Assembly (NCBI GenBank): GCA_964016885.1
Contig: CAXHJY010000844.1
Span: 1 to 38,462, forward strand
Source: Eledone cirrhosa
Lineage: Eukaryota
Reading direction: 5' to 3'
DNA: 38,462 nucleotides
The notes beneath the pieces are model-generated. The model ran no database searches. It saw only the letters and a list, made by a program, of their open reading frames with translations, and had not been told where the DNA came from. A program made the translations under genes and the position numbers. Numbering within the stretch: the first letter of the stretch is position 1; every line of letters begins with the position of its first letter. This document shows, piece by piece, positions 12,125 to 24,253 of the stretch.

Positions 12125-12125
<1 letters not shown>
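12071..12125. repeat. 55-bp palindrome with perfect 19-bp arms (TGT...ACA termini)
   Basis: TGTTAGAACACGAAAAGTG (12071-12089) and CACTTTTCGTGTTCTAACA (12107-12125). Confidence 0.9.
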
Positions 12126-12179
<54 letters not shown>

Positions 12180-12424
12180 TATACATATATACATACATAC
12201 ATACATACATATACACAAACACATACATACATATACCTACATAAAAACACACATAAAACACATATACACATAAAAACATATATATATATACACATATATA
12301 TACATATATACATATATATACATATATATACATATATATACATATACACATATATATACATATATACGTATTGTATGTATGTGTTTGTGTATATGTATGT
12401 ATGTGTGTGTATATATATATATAT

Positions 12425-12964
12425 GGCGACTAAACTGGCAACCCCACCAAGGTTTCTTGGTGAGGAGGGTGACTTTGGACATCCTGCAGGACTAAAAACA
12501 AAACCTGTCAAAGGGCAAAGGAGCTCTTAAGAGTCAATGGCCATCCAAAATCACCGGGAGAGATGACCCCTTAGCCTTTGTCAAGGCAGAATTCTAGGAG
12601 AAGGAAAACTCTGATATAACACCTGCAACCCTGATGGTATCCAATGATGTTGACTTGTTCTTCTTTTTGGTAAATATCATCTTGGTTAAGAGAGTGGGAC
12701 TGGCTTTGTGCAGTGCCTTTGCTCACTATAAAAGCTTCACGGCACAGGCATTGCTTTATATCTGGAGATCTCTCTGCACTTGTCCTCACATGGTACCATG
12801 GGCCCAGCACTATGTGTCAATAATTGTCACAAGTGTAGTGTTTGTACCAGAGTTTTCAAGTCGCTGGCTGGACTAAAAAGTCACACTCGTTCAGCGCATC
12901 TGTAGGGGTTCTCCTACATGGATATAAAGTAGTGGCCGTACTCGAAAACGAGTTGGCAGCCACC
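12425..12964. mobile_element. Degenerate LINE-derived insert in the PLE2 upstream microsatellite (RTE-like 5' UTR on +, AP-endonuclease-like remnant on -)
   Basis: TCTAGGAGAAGGAAAACTCTGA (about 12593-12614) recalls RTE 5' UTRs from memory. Minus-strand broken frames MVAANSF / [12 protein letters not shown] resemble APE motifs ANT.F / PDG...NQIDF.LV. Confidence 0.4.
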
Positions 12965-13075
12965 ATGTATGTATGTATACGTGTGTATGTGTGTGTGTAT
13001 GTTTATGTATATGTATGTGTATGTGTGTATGTATGTATGTGTGTGTATATGTGTGTATATATATGTGTATATGTA

Positions 13076-13136
<61 letters not shown>

Positions 13137-13141
13137 ATATA

Positions 13142-13183
<42 letters not shown>

Positions 13184-13219
13184 CATGTATATGTATGTAT
13201 GTGTGTATGTATGTGTGTA

Positions 13220-13264
<45 letters not shown>

Positions 13265-13291
13265 GTGTGTATATGTATATATGTATATGTA

Positions 13292-13324
<33 letters not shown>

Positions 13325-13328
13325 GTGC

Positions 13329-13360
<32 letters not shown>

Positions 13361-13372
13361 GTATATATATAT

Positions 13373-13444
<72 letters not shown>

Positions 13445-13486
13445 ATATATATGTATATGATTGTGTGGGCAGGTGTGTGTATATAT

Positions 13487-13540
<54 letters not shown>

Positions 13541-13645
13541 ACATATGTATATATATGTATATATATGTGTATGTGTGTGTGTTTGTATGTATATATGTAT
13601 ATGCGTGTATGTGTGTGTGTGTATATGTATGTATATGAATGTGAG

Positions 13646-13718
<73 letters not shown>

Positions 13719-13749
13719 GTATATGTATGTGTATGTGTATGTGTGTGTG

Positions 13750-13808
<59 letters not shown>

Positions 13809-13825
13809 GTGTATGTATGTGTATA

Positions 13826-13858
<33 letters not shown>

Positions 13859-13941
13859 TTGTGTGTGTATATGTACACATATATGTGTGTATATGTATGT
13901 ATGTATATGTATATGTATATGTATATATATATGTATATGTG

Positions 13942-13978
<37 letters not shown>

Positions 13979-13987
13979 ATGTGTATG

Positions 13988-14032
<45 letters not shown>

Positions 14033-14097
14033 GTGCATGAGAGAGAGAGTGTGTGTATATATATTTTGTGTGTGGGTGTGTGTATGTGTGTATGCGC

Positions 14098-14133
<36 letters not shown>

Positions 14134-14152
14134 GTGTATATGTATATATATG

Positions 14153-14198
<46 letters not shown>

Positions 14199-14326
14199 GT
14201 ATATATATATATATATATATATGTGTATGTATTTGTGTGTGTATATGTGCGTTATATGTCTGTATATATATGTGTATATTTATGTATAGGTCTGTGTATG
14301 TATGTGTATGTTTGTGTATGTATGGA

Positions 14327-14357
<31 letters not shown>

Positions 14358-14371
14358 GTATGTGTGTGTAT

Positions 14372-14415
<44 letters not shown>

Positions 14416-14432
14416 ATATATATGTATGTATA

Positions 14433-14483
<51 letters not shown>

Positions 14484-14610
14484 ATGTGTGTGTGTATAGG
14501 TATTTATACATATGTATACTCGTGTTTGTATGTATGCGTGTGAGTGTATTTATTTGTGTATATATGTGTGTGTGTGTGTATGTATGTGTATGTGTGTGTG
14601 TATCTGTGTG

Positions 14611-14665
<55 letters not shown>

Positions 14666-14676
14666 GTGTGTGTGTG

Positions 14677-14728
<52 letters not shown>

Positions 14729-14740
14729 TGTATATGTTTG

Positions 14741-14777
<37 letters not shown>

Positions 14778-15400
14778 GTATATGTATATATATATATGTG
14801 TGCGTATGTATATGTGTATATGTATTATATATGTATGTATGTATGTGTGTATGTATGTGTGTGTACATGAATATATATTTATATATATTTATATATTTTT
14901 TATATATGTGTGTGTGTTTTTATGTGTGTATATGTGTTTGTGTGTGTGTTTATGGTTGCGCGTAAGTGTGTGAGTGAGCATGTGTGTCTTTTTTGTTTTT
15001 CTGTTTTTTTGTTTTTTTGTTTTTTTGTGAATGTGTCTGTTGATTTTGTTGATTAGTTTAAGAGAAGTTCGAAGATAATAGTAAGATATGCACTCAGTAT
15101 TTTGAATCTGTCTGCAGCATTCTCTAGACCTTTGTCACTTAGTAGAACCTTAATGACTTTAGCTTTTAAAGAATCTCCCTTTTCTTTAATTCTATCGAGC
15201 ATGACTGACCCCCCACTGATTTTATAGACATCTGTTAGCTTAAGAGAAACTTATTGACAAGGAATGGTATGCCATCCGGAACCTGTTTATAGAATTCTGT
15301 CTGCCTTTGTTACTCTAAAAACATAAATAAATATAAATAAAAATAAAAATTAACTATAGCTTTGTAGAATTAGCTTTTAATGAATTCCCTTTTCTATCAA

Positions 15401-15462
15401 CCAATGACCTGCACCCATCCCACTCCCCACCCTCTCCTACCACTTGTAGAGACCTATAAATA
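15401..15462 (+). promoter_or_regulatory. Candidate Pol II promoter in the pseudo-LTR (CCAAT at 15401, TATAAATA at 15455)
   Basis: Motifs lie about 30 nt upstream of the hammerhead and about 200 nt upstream of the ORF ATG, and are repeated in the second copy. Motif match only. Confidence 0.4.
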
Positions 15463-15484
15463 CCATATTTATTTTTTGATACCC

Positions 15485-15535
15485 AGATTCCTGATGATTT
15501 CTAATGAATGAAACAGTTCTAGTCCTGTAGAATCT
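15485..15535 (+). ncRNA. Type I hammerhead ribozyme (copy 1), predicted cleavage after A15529 (GUA)
   Basis: AGATTC-CTGATGA-T-TTC-TAAT-GAA-T-GAA-ACAG-TTCTAGTC-CTGT-A-GAATCT. Perfect 6-bp stem I, canonical core, 4-bp stem III. Confidence 0.88.
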
Positions 15536-15665
15536 CATCTATATTAAAACTGTTATACTCTGCTATGTATTGAGTACCTTACTTACTGTGGTTACCTCCG
15601 ATTCAACCCGGAATAACGTACATTTTAGCACTCTCTGTGCCCCTTATAACCATCATCAAAAAACC

Positions 15666-17807
15666 ATGCTGACCAAACTCGACCTTGATATTTCCTTGAA
15701 GAACATCCCTATCCCTCCAAGGAAACTATACTTAAAAACACTCATCAGACGTACCGACGAGTTCATCAAGCGAATTAGATGGAGGGCCTTCTTCCTCGAC
15801 AACCCTGATGTAGCATCTACCAATGATGAGAAGTTCGGCTTCAAAACGAATAAGACACCACCCACCAACAGCCTACTCCAACCATTTGAGGAAGACCTCT
15901 TCAAGATGATCAAGGATATTAAATTCCGTAGAGCCACCACACCATTCCAGGCCTACTTAAATGCCGAATTACGGAATATAAAAAAATCCCCTAATCTTTA
16001 TGTCTCCTCCGATAAAACCAAAAACGTTTATGAGGTAGACCCACAGACCTACAATAAGCTGGCAAAAAATACCATCACGACCACCTACAAAAAGGTAATA
16101 GAGAGGGCGCTGACTGAGACAAACGCGGCCGGAAAAGAAATCGCCAAGTCCCTTAAATTACATGACCGAACCGAACCTTTAAGGGTAAAGACCCCGCACT
16201 TTACCCTGAAGGACCATAAGGGAAATTTCCTCAACAAACCATCAGTCAGACTTATCAACCCCACTCGTTCTGACATCGGCTCTATCAGTAAGAAGATCCT
16301 GGATAGAGTTCTACCATTATTGCGGGCAGCCTCACCACTTCCACTCTGGAGTAGAACATCTGAGGCAATATCATGGTTCCAAGAATTACCCGATAAACAC
16401 CACACTCGCTTCCTGCAACTCGACATAGAAAACTACTATGCCTCTATCTCGGAGCCCCTCCTGAAGGACGCAATTAACTTTGCCAGGAATTTTACCACCA
16501 TTACCGATGCCGAGCAAGTTATTATCCTCCACGCTCGTAAGACCTTTCTATACCACGATGGATCTTACTGGATCAACAAGAAATCTCAGACCCCATTTGA
16601 CGTTAGCATGGGGGCGAGTGACTCGGCTGAAATTAGCGACCTTGTGGGCCTGTACATCCTACATAACCTGAAGAACCTCTTTACCGGCCTAACTGGAGGT
16701 TTATACCGAGACGACGGCCTCTTCGCCCTGCATAAGGTTAGCCCCAGAACCACCGATGGGTTTCGGAAAAACTTAAGCTCTTTCTTCTCTAATCTAGGAT
16801 TTAGTATAACTATAGATTCTAATTTGACTAGGGCCAACTTCTTAGATGTCACTCTCGACCTAGATACTTCCCTCTATTACCCGTACCACAAACCTAACGA
16901 GTCCCTTAAATATATTAATGTTAATTCAAACCACCCCCAAAACATTACTGATAACCTAGTAAAAAGCGTCTCTATTAGAATATCTGGCCTCTCCGCCAAC
17001 AAAGATATTTTTAATGCATCTGCCTCCTACTACAATGACGCCCTAGCCCGTAGCGGATTTAAAGATAAGATAACTTACCTAGAAACCACCGCAAAATTGC
17101 AGAGGAGGAATAGACATAAGCAGATTAGCTGGTACAACCCTCCCTTCAATAGAGAGGTATCTACTCCGATAGCTAGGATTTTCTTCACTTTACTGAAATT
17201 ACACTTCCCCATACAACATAGGTACTACACCATCTTTAATAAGAACACTATAAGACTGTCTTACTCCACCACACCTAACCTAGCTAGGAATATAGCCAAC
17301 CACAACTCTAAACTAAATAAGTCAACCACCTCCGAAACCAATCCCCGGACTGGGACTCTATGTAATTGCCTAAATAAGGAAGCATGCCCACTAGAAAACA
17401 AATGCCTCACAAATGACATCGTATACAAATGCGATGTCATCTCGGGCACCGAGGATTACAAAAAAACTTACATCAGCATGACCTCCAACAACTTTAAGAC
17501 CCGTTGGTATGCCCATACCCACTCCTTCAGAAGACCGGATAAATCAAATCAAACAACACTCGCCTCCTACGTTTGGGACCTCAAAAGGAACTCCACCCCC
17601 TTCACGCTTAATTGGAAAATACTCCAGACAGCGCGCTCTTACAACGGAGGACACAAGGGCTGCGACCTTTGTATTTCAGAGAGCTACGAAATTTTATTCG
17701 CCAAGGGCCCGCTACTGAACAAACTCTCTGAACACTGCCCGAACTGCATGCACAAGAACTTTGCAACATTCAAACACTTTAAGCCAGTGTTAAAGCCCGA
17801 TGGCTAA
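15666..17807 (+). CDS. PLE2 polyprotein: reverse transcriptase, CxCx5C linker, GIY-YIG endonuclease (713 aa from first ATG)
   Basis: Uninterrupted ORF with [69 protein letters not shown]...YISMT...R..H, CDLC and terminal CMH. The track start at 15570 is a TTG. Confidence 0.93.
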   Translation: MLTKLDLDISLKNIPIPPRKLYLKTLIRRTDEFIKRIRWRAFFLDNPDVASTNDEKFGFKTNKTPPTNSLLQPFEEDLFKMIKDIKFRRATTPFQAYLNAELRNIKKSPNLYVSSDKTKNVYEVDPQTYNKLAKNTITTTYKKVIERALTETNAAGKEIAKSLKLHDRTEPLRVKTPHFTLKDHKGNFLNKPSVRLINPTRSDIGSISKKILDRVLPLLRAASPLPLWSRTSEAISWFQELPDKHHTRFLQLDIENYYASISEPLLKDAINFARNFTTITDAEQVIILHARKTFLYHDGSYWINKKSQTPFDVSMGASDSAEISDLVGLYILHNLKNLFTGLTGGLYRDDGLFALHKVSPRTTDGFRKNLSSFFSNLGFSITIDSNLTRANFLDVTLDLDTSLYYPYHKPNESLKYINVNSNHPQNITDNLVKSVSIRISGLSANKDIFNASASYYNDALARSGFKDKITYLETTAKLQRRNRHKQISWYNPPFNREVSTPIARIFFTLLKLHFPIQHRYYTIFNKNTIRLSYSTTPNLARNIANHNSKLNKSTTSETNPRTGTLCNCLNKEACPLENKCLTNDIVYKCDVISGTEDYKKTYISMTSNNFKTRWYAHTHSFRRPDKSNQTTLASYVWDLKRNSTPFTLNWKILQTARSYNGGHKGCDLCISESYEILFAKGPLLNKLSEHCPNCMHKNFATFKHFKPVLKPDG

Positions 17808-18025
17808 AAACGACCTCCCCCTATTGGCCCCTATACCTCCTCCCCACCCTACCCCCACCCCTCCTCAACCTGAAATACGGCCACTATGGTCATGTGAGTA
17901 CCTCTTTCGTATCTACATTTTCTGCCTGTAGAGGTGTCTTTATGTGCCTGTGGATATGCGTATATTTATTGAGTACCTATTTACTTGTATGTGTATATAT
18001 TTGTTTGTATATGTGTATATGTGTA

Positions 18026-18074
<49 letters not shown>

Positions 18075-18186
18075 ATATATATGTATATATGTATATATAT
18101 GTATATATATATGTTTGTGTGTATATGTGTTTTATGTGTGTATATTTATGTATGTATATGTATGTATGTGTTTGTGTATATGTGTA

Positions 18187-18243
<57 letters not shown>

Positions 18244-18372
18244 ATATGTGTGTATGTATGTATGTATGTATGTATACGTGTGTATGTGTGTGTGTATGTT
18301 TATGTATATGTATGTGTATGTGTGTATGTATGTATGTGTGTGTATATGTGTGTATATATATGTGTATATGTA

Positions 18373-18429
<57 letters not shown>

Positions 18430-18434
18430 ATATA

Positions 18435-18476
<42 letters not shown>

Positions 18477-18512
18477 CATGTATATGTATGTATGTGTGTA
18501 TGTATGTGTGTA

Positions 18513-18561
<49 letters not shown>

Positions 18562-18588
18562 GTGTGTATATGTATATATGTATATGTA

Positions 18589-18619
<31 letters not shown>

Positions 18620-18623
18620 GTGC

Positions 18624-18659
<36 letters not shown>

Positions 18660-18672
18660 GTATATATATATG

Positions 18673-18737
<65 letters not shown>

Positions 18738-18748
18738 GTGTATATATG

Positions 18749-18779
<31 letters not shown>

Positions 18780-18813
18780 GTATATGATTGTGTGGGCAGG
18801 TGTGTGTATATAT

Positions 18814-18869
<56 letters not shown>

Positions 18870-19000
18870 ACATATGTGTATATATGTATATATATGTGTA
18901 TGTGTGTGTGTTTGTATGTATATATGTATGTATATATGTATGTTTGTATGTATATATGCGTGTATGTGTGTGTGTGTATATGTATGTATATGAATGTGAG

Positions 19001-19081
<81 letters not shown>

Positions 19082-19118
19082 GTATATGTATGTGTATGTG
19101 TATGTGTATGTGTGTGTG

Positions 19119-19175
<57 letters not shown>

Positions 19176-19192
19176 GTGTATGTATGTGTATA

Positions 19193-19223
<31 letters not shown>

Positions 19224-19370
19224 TTGTGTGTGTGTGCGTGTATGTGTGTATATGTGTGTGTGTATATATATGTGTATATGTATGTGTTTGTGTGTATGTA
19301 TATGTAAAAATGTGTGTATGTGTGTGTATTTGTGTGTGTATATGTACACATATATGTGTGTATATGTATG

Positions 19371-19403
<33 letters not shown>

Positions 19404-19419
19404 ATATATGTATATGTGT

Positions 19420-19450
<31 letters not shown>

Positions 19451-19472
19451 TATGTGTATGTATATATATGTA

Positions 19473-19515
<43 letters not shown>

Positions 19516-19654
19516 ATGTATTTGTGTGTGTATATGTGCGTTATATGTCTGTATATATATGTGTATATTTATGTATAGGTCTGTGTATGTATGTGTATGT
19601 TTGTGTATGTATGGATATATATATATATATATATGTATATGTATGTGTGTGTAT

Positions 19655-19700
<46 letters not shown>

Positions 19701-19717
19701 ATATATATGTATGTATA

Positions 19718-19756
<39 letters not shown>

Positions 19757-19877
19757 ATGTGTGTGTGTATAGGTATTTATACATATGTATACTCGTGTTT
19801 GTATGTATGCGTGTGAGTGTATTTATTTGTGTATATATGTGTGTGTGTGTGTATGTATGTGTATGTGTGTGTGTATC

Positions 19878-19948
<71 letters not shown>

Positions 19949-19961
19949 GTGTGTGTGTGTG

Positions 19962-20012
<51 letters not shown>

Positions 20013-20021
20013 ATATGTTTG

Positions 20022-20061
<40 letters not shown>

Positions 20062-20836
20062 TGTATATGTATATATATATATGTGTGCGTATGTATATGT
20101 GTATATGTATTATATATGTATGTATGTATGTGTGTATGTATGTGTGTGTACATGAATATATATTTATATATATTTATATATTTTTTATATATGTGTGTGT
20201 GTTTTTATGTATGTATATGTGTTTGTGTGTGTGTTTATGGTTGCGCGTAAGTGTGTGAGTGAGCATGTGTGTCTTTTTTGTTTTTCTGTTTTTTTGTTTT
20301 TTTGTTTTTTTGTGAATGTGTCTGTTGATTTTGTTGATTAGTTTAAGAGAAGTTCGAAGATAATAGTAAGATATGCACTCAGTATTTTGAATCTGTCTGC
20401 AGAATTCTCTAGACCTTTGTCACTTAGTAGAACCTTAATGACTTTAGCTTTTAAAGAATCTCCCTTTTCTTTAATTCTATCGAGCATGACTGACCCCCCA
20501 CTGATTTTATAGACATCTGTTAGCTTAAGAGAAACTTATTGACAAGGAATGGTATGCCATCCGGAACCTGTTTATAGAATTCTGTCTGCCTTTGTTACTC
20601 TAAAAACATAAATAAATATAAATAAAAATAAAAATTAACTATAGCTTTGTAGAATTAGCTTTTAATGAATTCCCTTTTCTATCAACCAATGACCTGCACC
20701 CATCCCACTCCCCACCCTCTCCTACCACTTGTAGAGACCTATAAATACCATATTTATTTTTTGATACCCAGATTCCTGATGATTTCTAATGAATGAAACA
20801 GTTCTAGTCCTGTAGAATCTCATCTATATTAAAACT
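17808..20836 (+). repeat. Downstream (full) pseudo-LTR / 3' UTR of PLE2, about 3 kb, containing about 2.2 kb compound microsatellite
   Basis: Direct repeat of the upstream copy; ends ...ATTAAAACT at 20836. Confidence 0.9.
20770..20820 (+). ncRNA. Type I hammerhead ribozyme (copy 2), predicted cleavage after A20814
   Basis: Identical to 15485-15535. Confidence 0.88.
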
Positions 20837-21055
20837 ATAATATATATATATATATACATACATATATAGATATATATAATATATATATATATACATATAT
20901 ATAATATATATATACATATATATAATATATATATATATATATATACATATATATAATATATATATATATACATATATATATACATATATATAATATATAT
21001 ATATATATACATATATATATACATATATATAATATATATATATATACATATATAT

Positions 21056-21091
<36 letters not shown>

Positions 21092-21126
21092 CATATATAT
21101 AATATATATATATATACATATATATA

Positions 21127-21157
<31 letters not shown>

Positions 21158-21450
21158 CATATATATAATATATATATATATATATATACATATATATAAT
21201 ATATATATATATACATATATATAATATATATATATATACATATATATATATACATATATATAATATATATATATATATATATACATATATATAATATATA
21301 TATATACATATATATAATATATATATATATACATATATATAATATATATATATACATATATATAATATATATATATATATATACATATATATAATATATA
21401 TATATATATACATATATATAATATATATATATATACATATATATATATAC

Positions 21451-21482
<32 letters not shown>

Positions 21483-21631
21483 CATATATATAATATATAT
21501 ATATACATATATATAATATATATATATATATATACATATATATACATATATATATATACATATATATAATATATATATATATATATACATATATATAATA
21601 TATATATATATATATACATATATATAATATA
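20837..21631. repeat. (TA)n array with regular CATATATATAA interruptions
   Basis: Directly visible. Confidence 0.95.
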
Positions 21632-23462
21632 CATGAAAACATTAAAACAAACCCTAAGGCCTTCTTTAAATTTGCAAAAGAAACATGGAAATAACGAAGC
21701 CAGAGGAGTTCTTTGATGCCACAACACTACATCAAGAAATGGCAACCATCAACCACATAGACATAACGGAGGAGGATGTGGTGTACGCCATTGATGAAAT
21801 TAGAACAGACTCGGCTGCTGGACCTGATGGATTCCCAGCAGTTCTCCTAAAAATATGTAAGCGGGCCTTAGCAACTCCACTGAAAGATGCTCTTCAGAAG
21901 CTCCTTGGCTAGTGGTGTACTACCCAGGGAGCTGAAAGAAGGCACAATATGCCCTATCCATAAAGGAGGTAGTAGAGCGGAGGCCAAGAACTATAGGCCA
22001 GTCTCCCTGACGTCGCATATCAGTAAGGTCATGGAGCGAGTCGTCAGAAAGAAACTAATCACTTTCCTCGAGGAAAATGACCGCCTGACTAGCACGCAAC
22101 ATGGCTTCCGCCCAGGAAGAAGCTGCCTTACACAGCTGCTACATCACTACGACTGGGTACTGAGACAACTACTAGACAGCTCGCATGTAGACGTGATATA
22201 TCTTGACTTTGCGAAGGCCTTTGACAAGGTCGACCACGGAATGATATGTCACAAACTACACGGACTCGGCATAACTGGAAAAGTAGGTGAGTGGCTGCAT
22301 GGCTTCCTAAGGGACAGAAGCCAGGCAGTCGCAGCAAATGGGGCCCTCTCGAGGGAAACACCGATAGCAAGTGGGGTGCCCCAGGGGACAGTCCTGGGAC
22401 CACTACTGTTTTTGGTGGCTCTCTCGGACATGCCCTCTGTGGTGCATGCAACAACATCCCTCACTAGCTATGCTGATGACACTAAGGTAGCACAGGCAAT
22501 CAAAAACCCGGCTGACGCTGCCCTCTTACAGCAGGATCTGGATGCCATATACAGATGGGCGGAAGAAAACAACATGCAGTTTAATGCTGGCAAATTCCAA
22601 GCCCTACAATACAAACCTGCAAACACAAACACAAATATAGCGGAACACAGCTACACAGGACCAGGAGGGACCGATATCCCCGTGTCAAAATCGATACGAG
22701 ACCTGGGCATAGACATGAGCGATGATGCATCTTTTTCTTCACACATCATGAAGGTGGCAACAACATGTAGACGATTCGCTGGCTGGATCTTGAGGACTTT
22801 CCTTACAAGAGATCGAGACACCATGTTGACACTGTGGAGGACTTTTGTCCTAAGCCGCCTGGACTACTGCTCCCAGCTATGGTCACCCCATAGTGTCAAA
22901 CTAACCACGGAGCTTGAGGCAATCCAGCGAAGCTACACCAAGAGGATTGCCAAGATGAGGGAGACAAGCTACTGGGAGAGGCTGAAGGAACTGAACCTCT
23001 ACTCCTTGGAGCGAAGACAGGAGAGATACGCAGTGATCTACATGTGGAAAATCCTGGAGGGACTAGCACCAAACTTTGGCATTGGGAGCTGGACCAACCG
23101 TCGAACAGGACGTCACTGTGTGGTGCCAAAGGTCCCGTCTTCCACATCTAGAATAAGGAGCAGGTATTGCAATAGCCTGGGATTCAAGGGCCCTCAACTC
23201 TTCAACAGGCTGCCGAGGCATCTGCGAGACTTGCATGACGTGGAGGTGGATGTCTTTAAGAAACATCTCGACACCTTGTTATCCAGGATCCCGGATGAGC
23301 CCACAGCAAGACGCGAGGGAAACCTAAGGGCAGCAGCAACAAACTCCCTCCTACACCAGTGGCCAACCTATACAGGCTGGAGATAAAATGTGTAGCAACA
23401 AAGGCGGTGCCCCAGCATGGCCTCAGCCGGATGGCTGAAACAGGTAAAAGAGTAAAAGAGTA
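21632..23462 (+). mobile_element. 5'-truncated CR1-group LINE (RT domain to 3' end)
   Basis: IKTNPKAFFKFAK (21641-21679), then an apparent internal deletion, SAAGPDGFP, and a frameshift at about 21885 into the RT frame. The 3' UTR GGCGGTGCCCCAGCATGGCC...GCTGAAAC ends in a (GTAAAAGA)2 tail. Confidence 0.9.
21685..23386 (+). pseudogene. CR1-type ORF2 reverse transcriptase, truncated, one frameshift
   Basis: NYRPVSLTS, QHGFRPGRSCLTQLL, YLDFAKAFDKVDH, GVPQGTVLGPLLF, YADD, RDLG, SYWERLKELNLYSLERR motifs. Confidence 0.92.
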
Positions 23463-23589
23463 TGTATATATATACATATATATAATATATATATATATAT
23501 ATACATATATATAATATATATATATATATACATATATATATACATATATATAATATATATATATACATATATATAATATATATATATAC

Positions 23590-23620
<31 letters not shown>

Positions 23621-23745
23621 CATATATATAATATATATATATACATATATATATATAATATATATATATACATATATATATATATACATATATATAATAT
23701 ATATATATACATATATATATATAATATATATATATACATATATAT

Positions 23746-23777
<32 letters not shown>

Positions 23778-23814
23778 CATATATATAATATATATATATA
23801 CATATATATATATA

Positions 23815-23845
<31 letters not shown>

Positions 23846-24253
23846 ATATATATATATACATATATATATATAATATATATATATACATATATATATACAT
23901 ATATATAATATATATATATACATATATATATATAATATATATATATACATATATATACATATATATAATATATATATATACATATATATATATAATATAT
24001 ATATATACATATATATACATATATATATATATACATATATAATATATATATATATATATACATATATAATATATATATATACATACATATATATATATAT
24101 ATACATATATATATAATATATATATATACATACATATATATAATATATATATATATATACATACATATATATATACATATATATAATATATATATATATA
24201 CATACATACATATATATATATACATCTATATAATATATATATATATATATATA
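23463..24253. repeat. (TA)n array with CATATATATAA interruptions
   Basis: Directly visible. Confidence 0.95.

Larger units (their letters stand above)
12965..15551 (+). repeat. Upstream pseudo-LTR copy of PLE2 (about 2 kb (TA)/(TG)/(TATG) compound microsatellite plus about 600 bp unique)
   Basis: Same order of diagnostic interruptions as 18262-20836 (ATGCATG, GATTGTGTGGGCAGG, GAATGTGAG, GCGTTATATGTCTG, TACTCGTG, GGTTGCGCGTAAG). The unique part shows one visible substitution (GCAGCATT vs GCAGAATT). Confidence 0.92.
12370..20836 (+). mobile_element. Penelope-like element 2: 5'-truncated direct pseudo-LTR, intact ORF, full pseudo-LTR
   Basis: 12965-15551 is repeated at about 18262-20836 (offset 5285 in the unique part). 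The 3' copy stops 16 nt after the hammerhead and runs into (TA)n. A related inverted microsatellite piece lies at about 12128-12367. The 5' boundary is approximate. Confidence 0.88.

Noticed and set aside
15570-15665. Track start of the 745-aa ORF
   Set aside because: It is a TTG codon. The first ATG is at 15666, just before the conserved SLKNIPIP motif.
15666-17807. Naiad/Chlamys-type permuted PLE or selenoprotein
   Set aside because: The endonuclease is C-terminal and there are no in-frame TGA codons.
12965-20836. True LTR retrotransposon
   Set aside because: No TG...CA termini, PBS, gag, protease or integrase; the RT and GIY-YIG domains are PLE-type.
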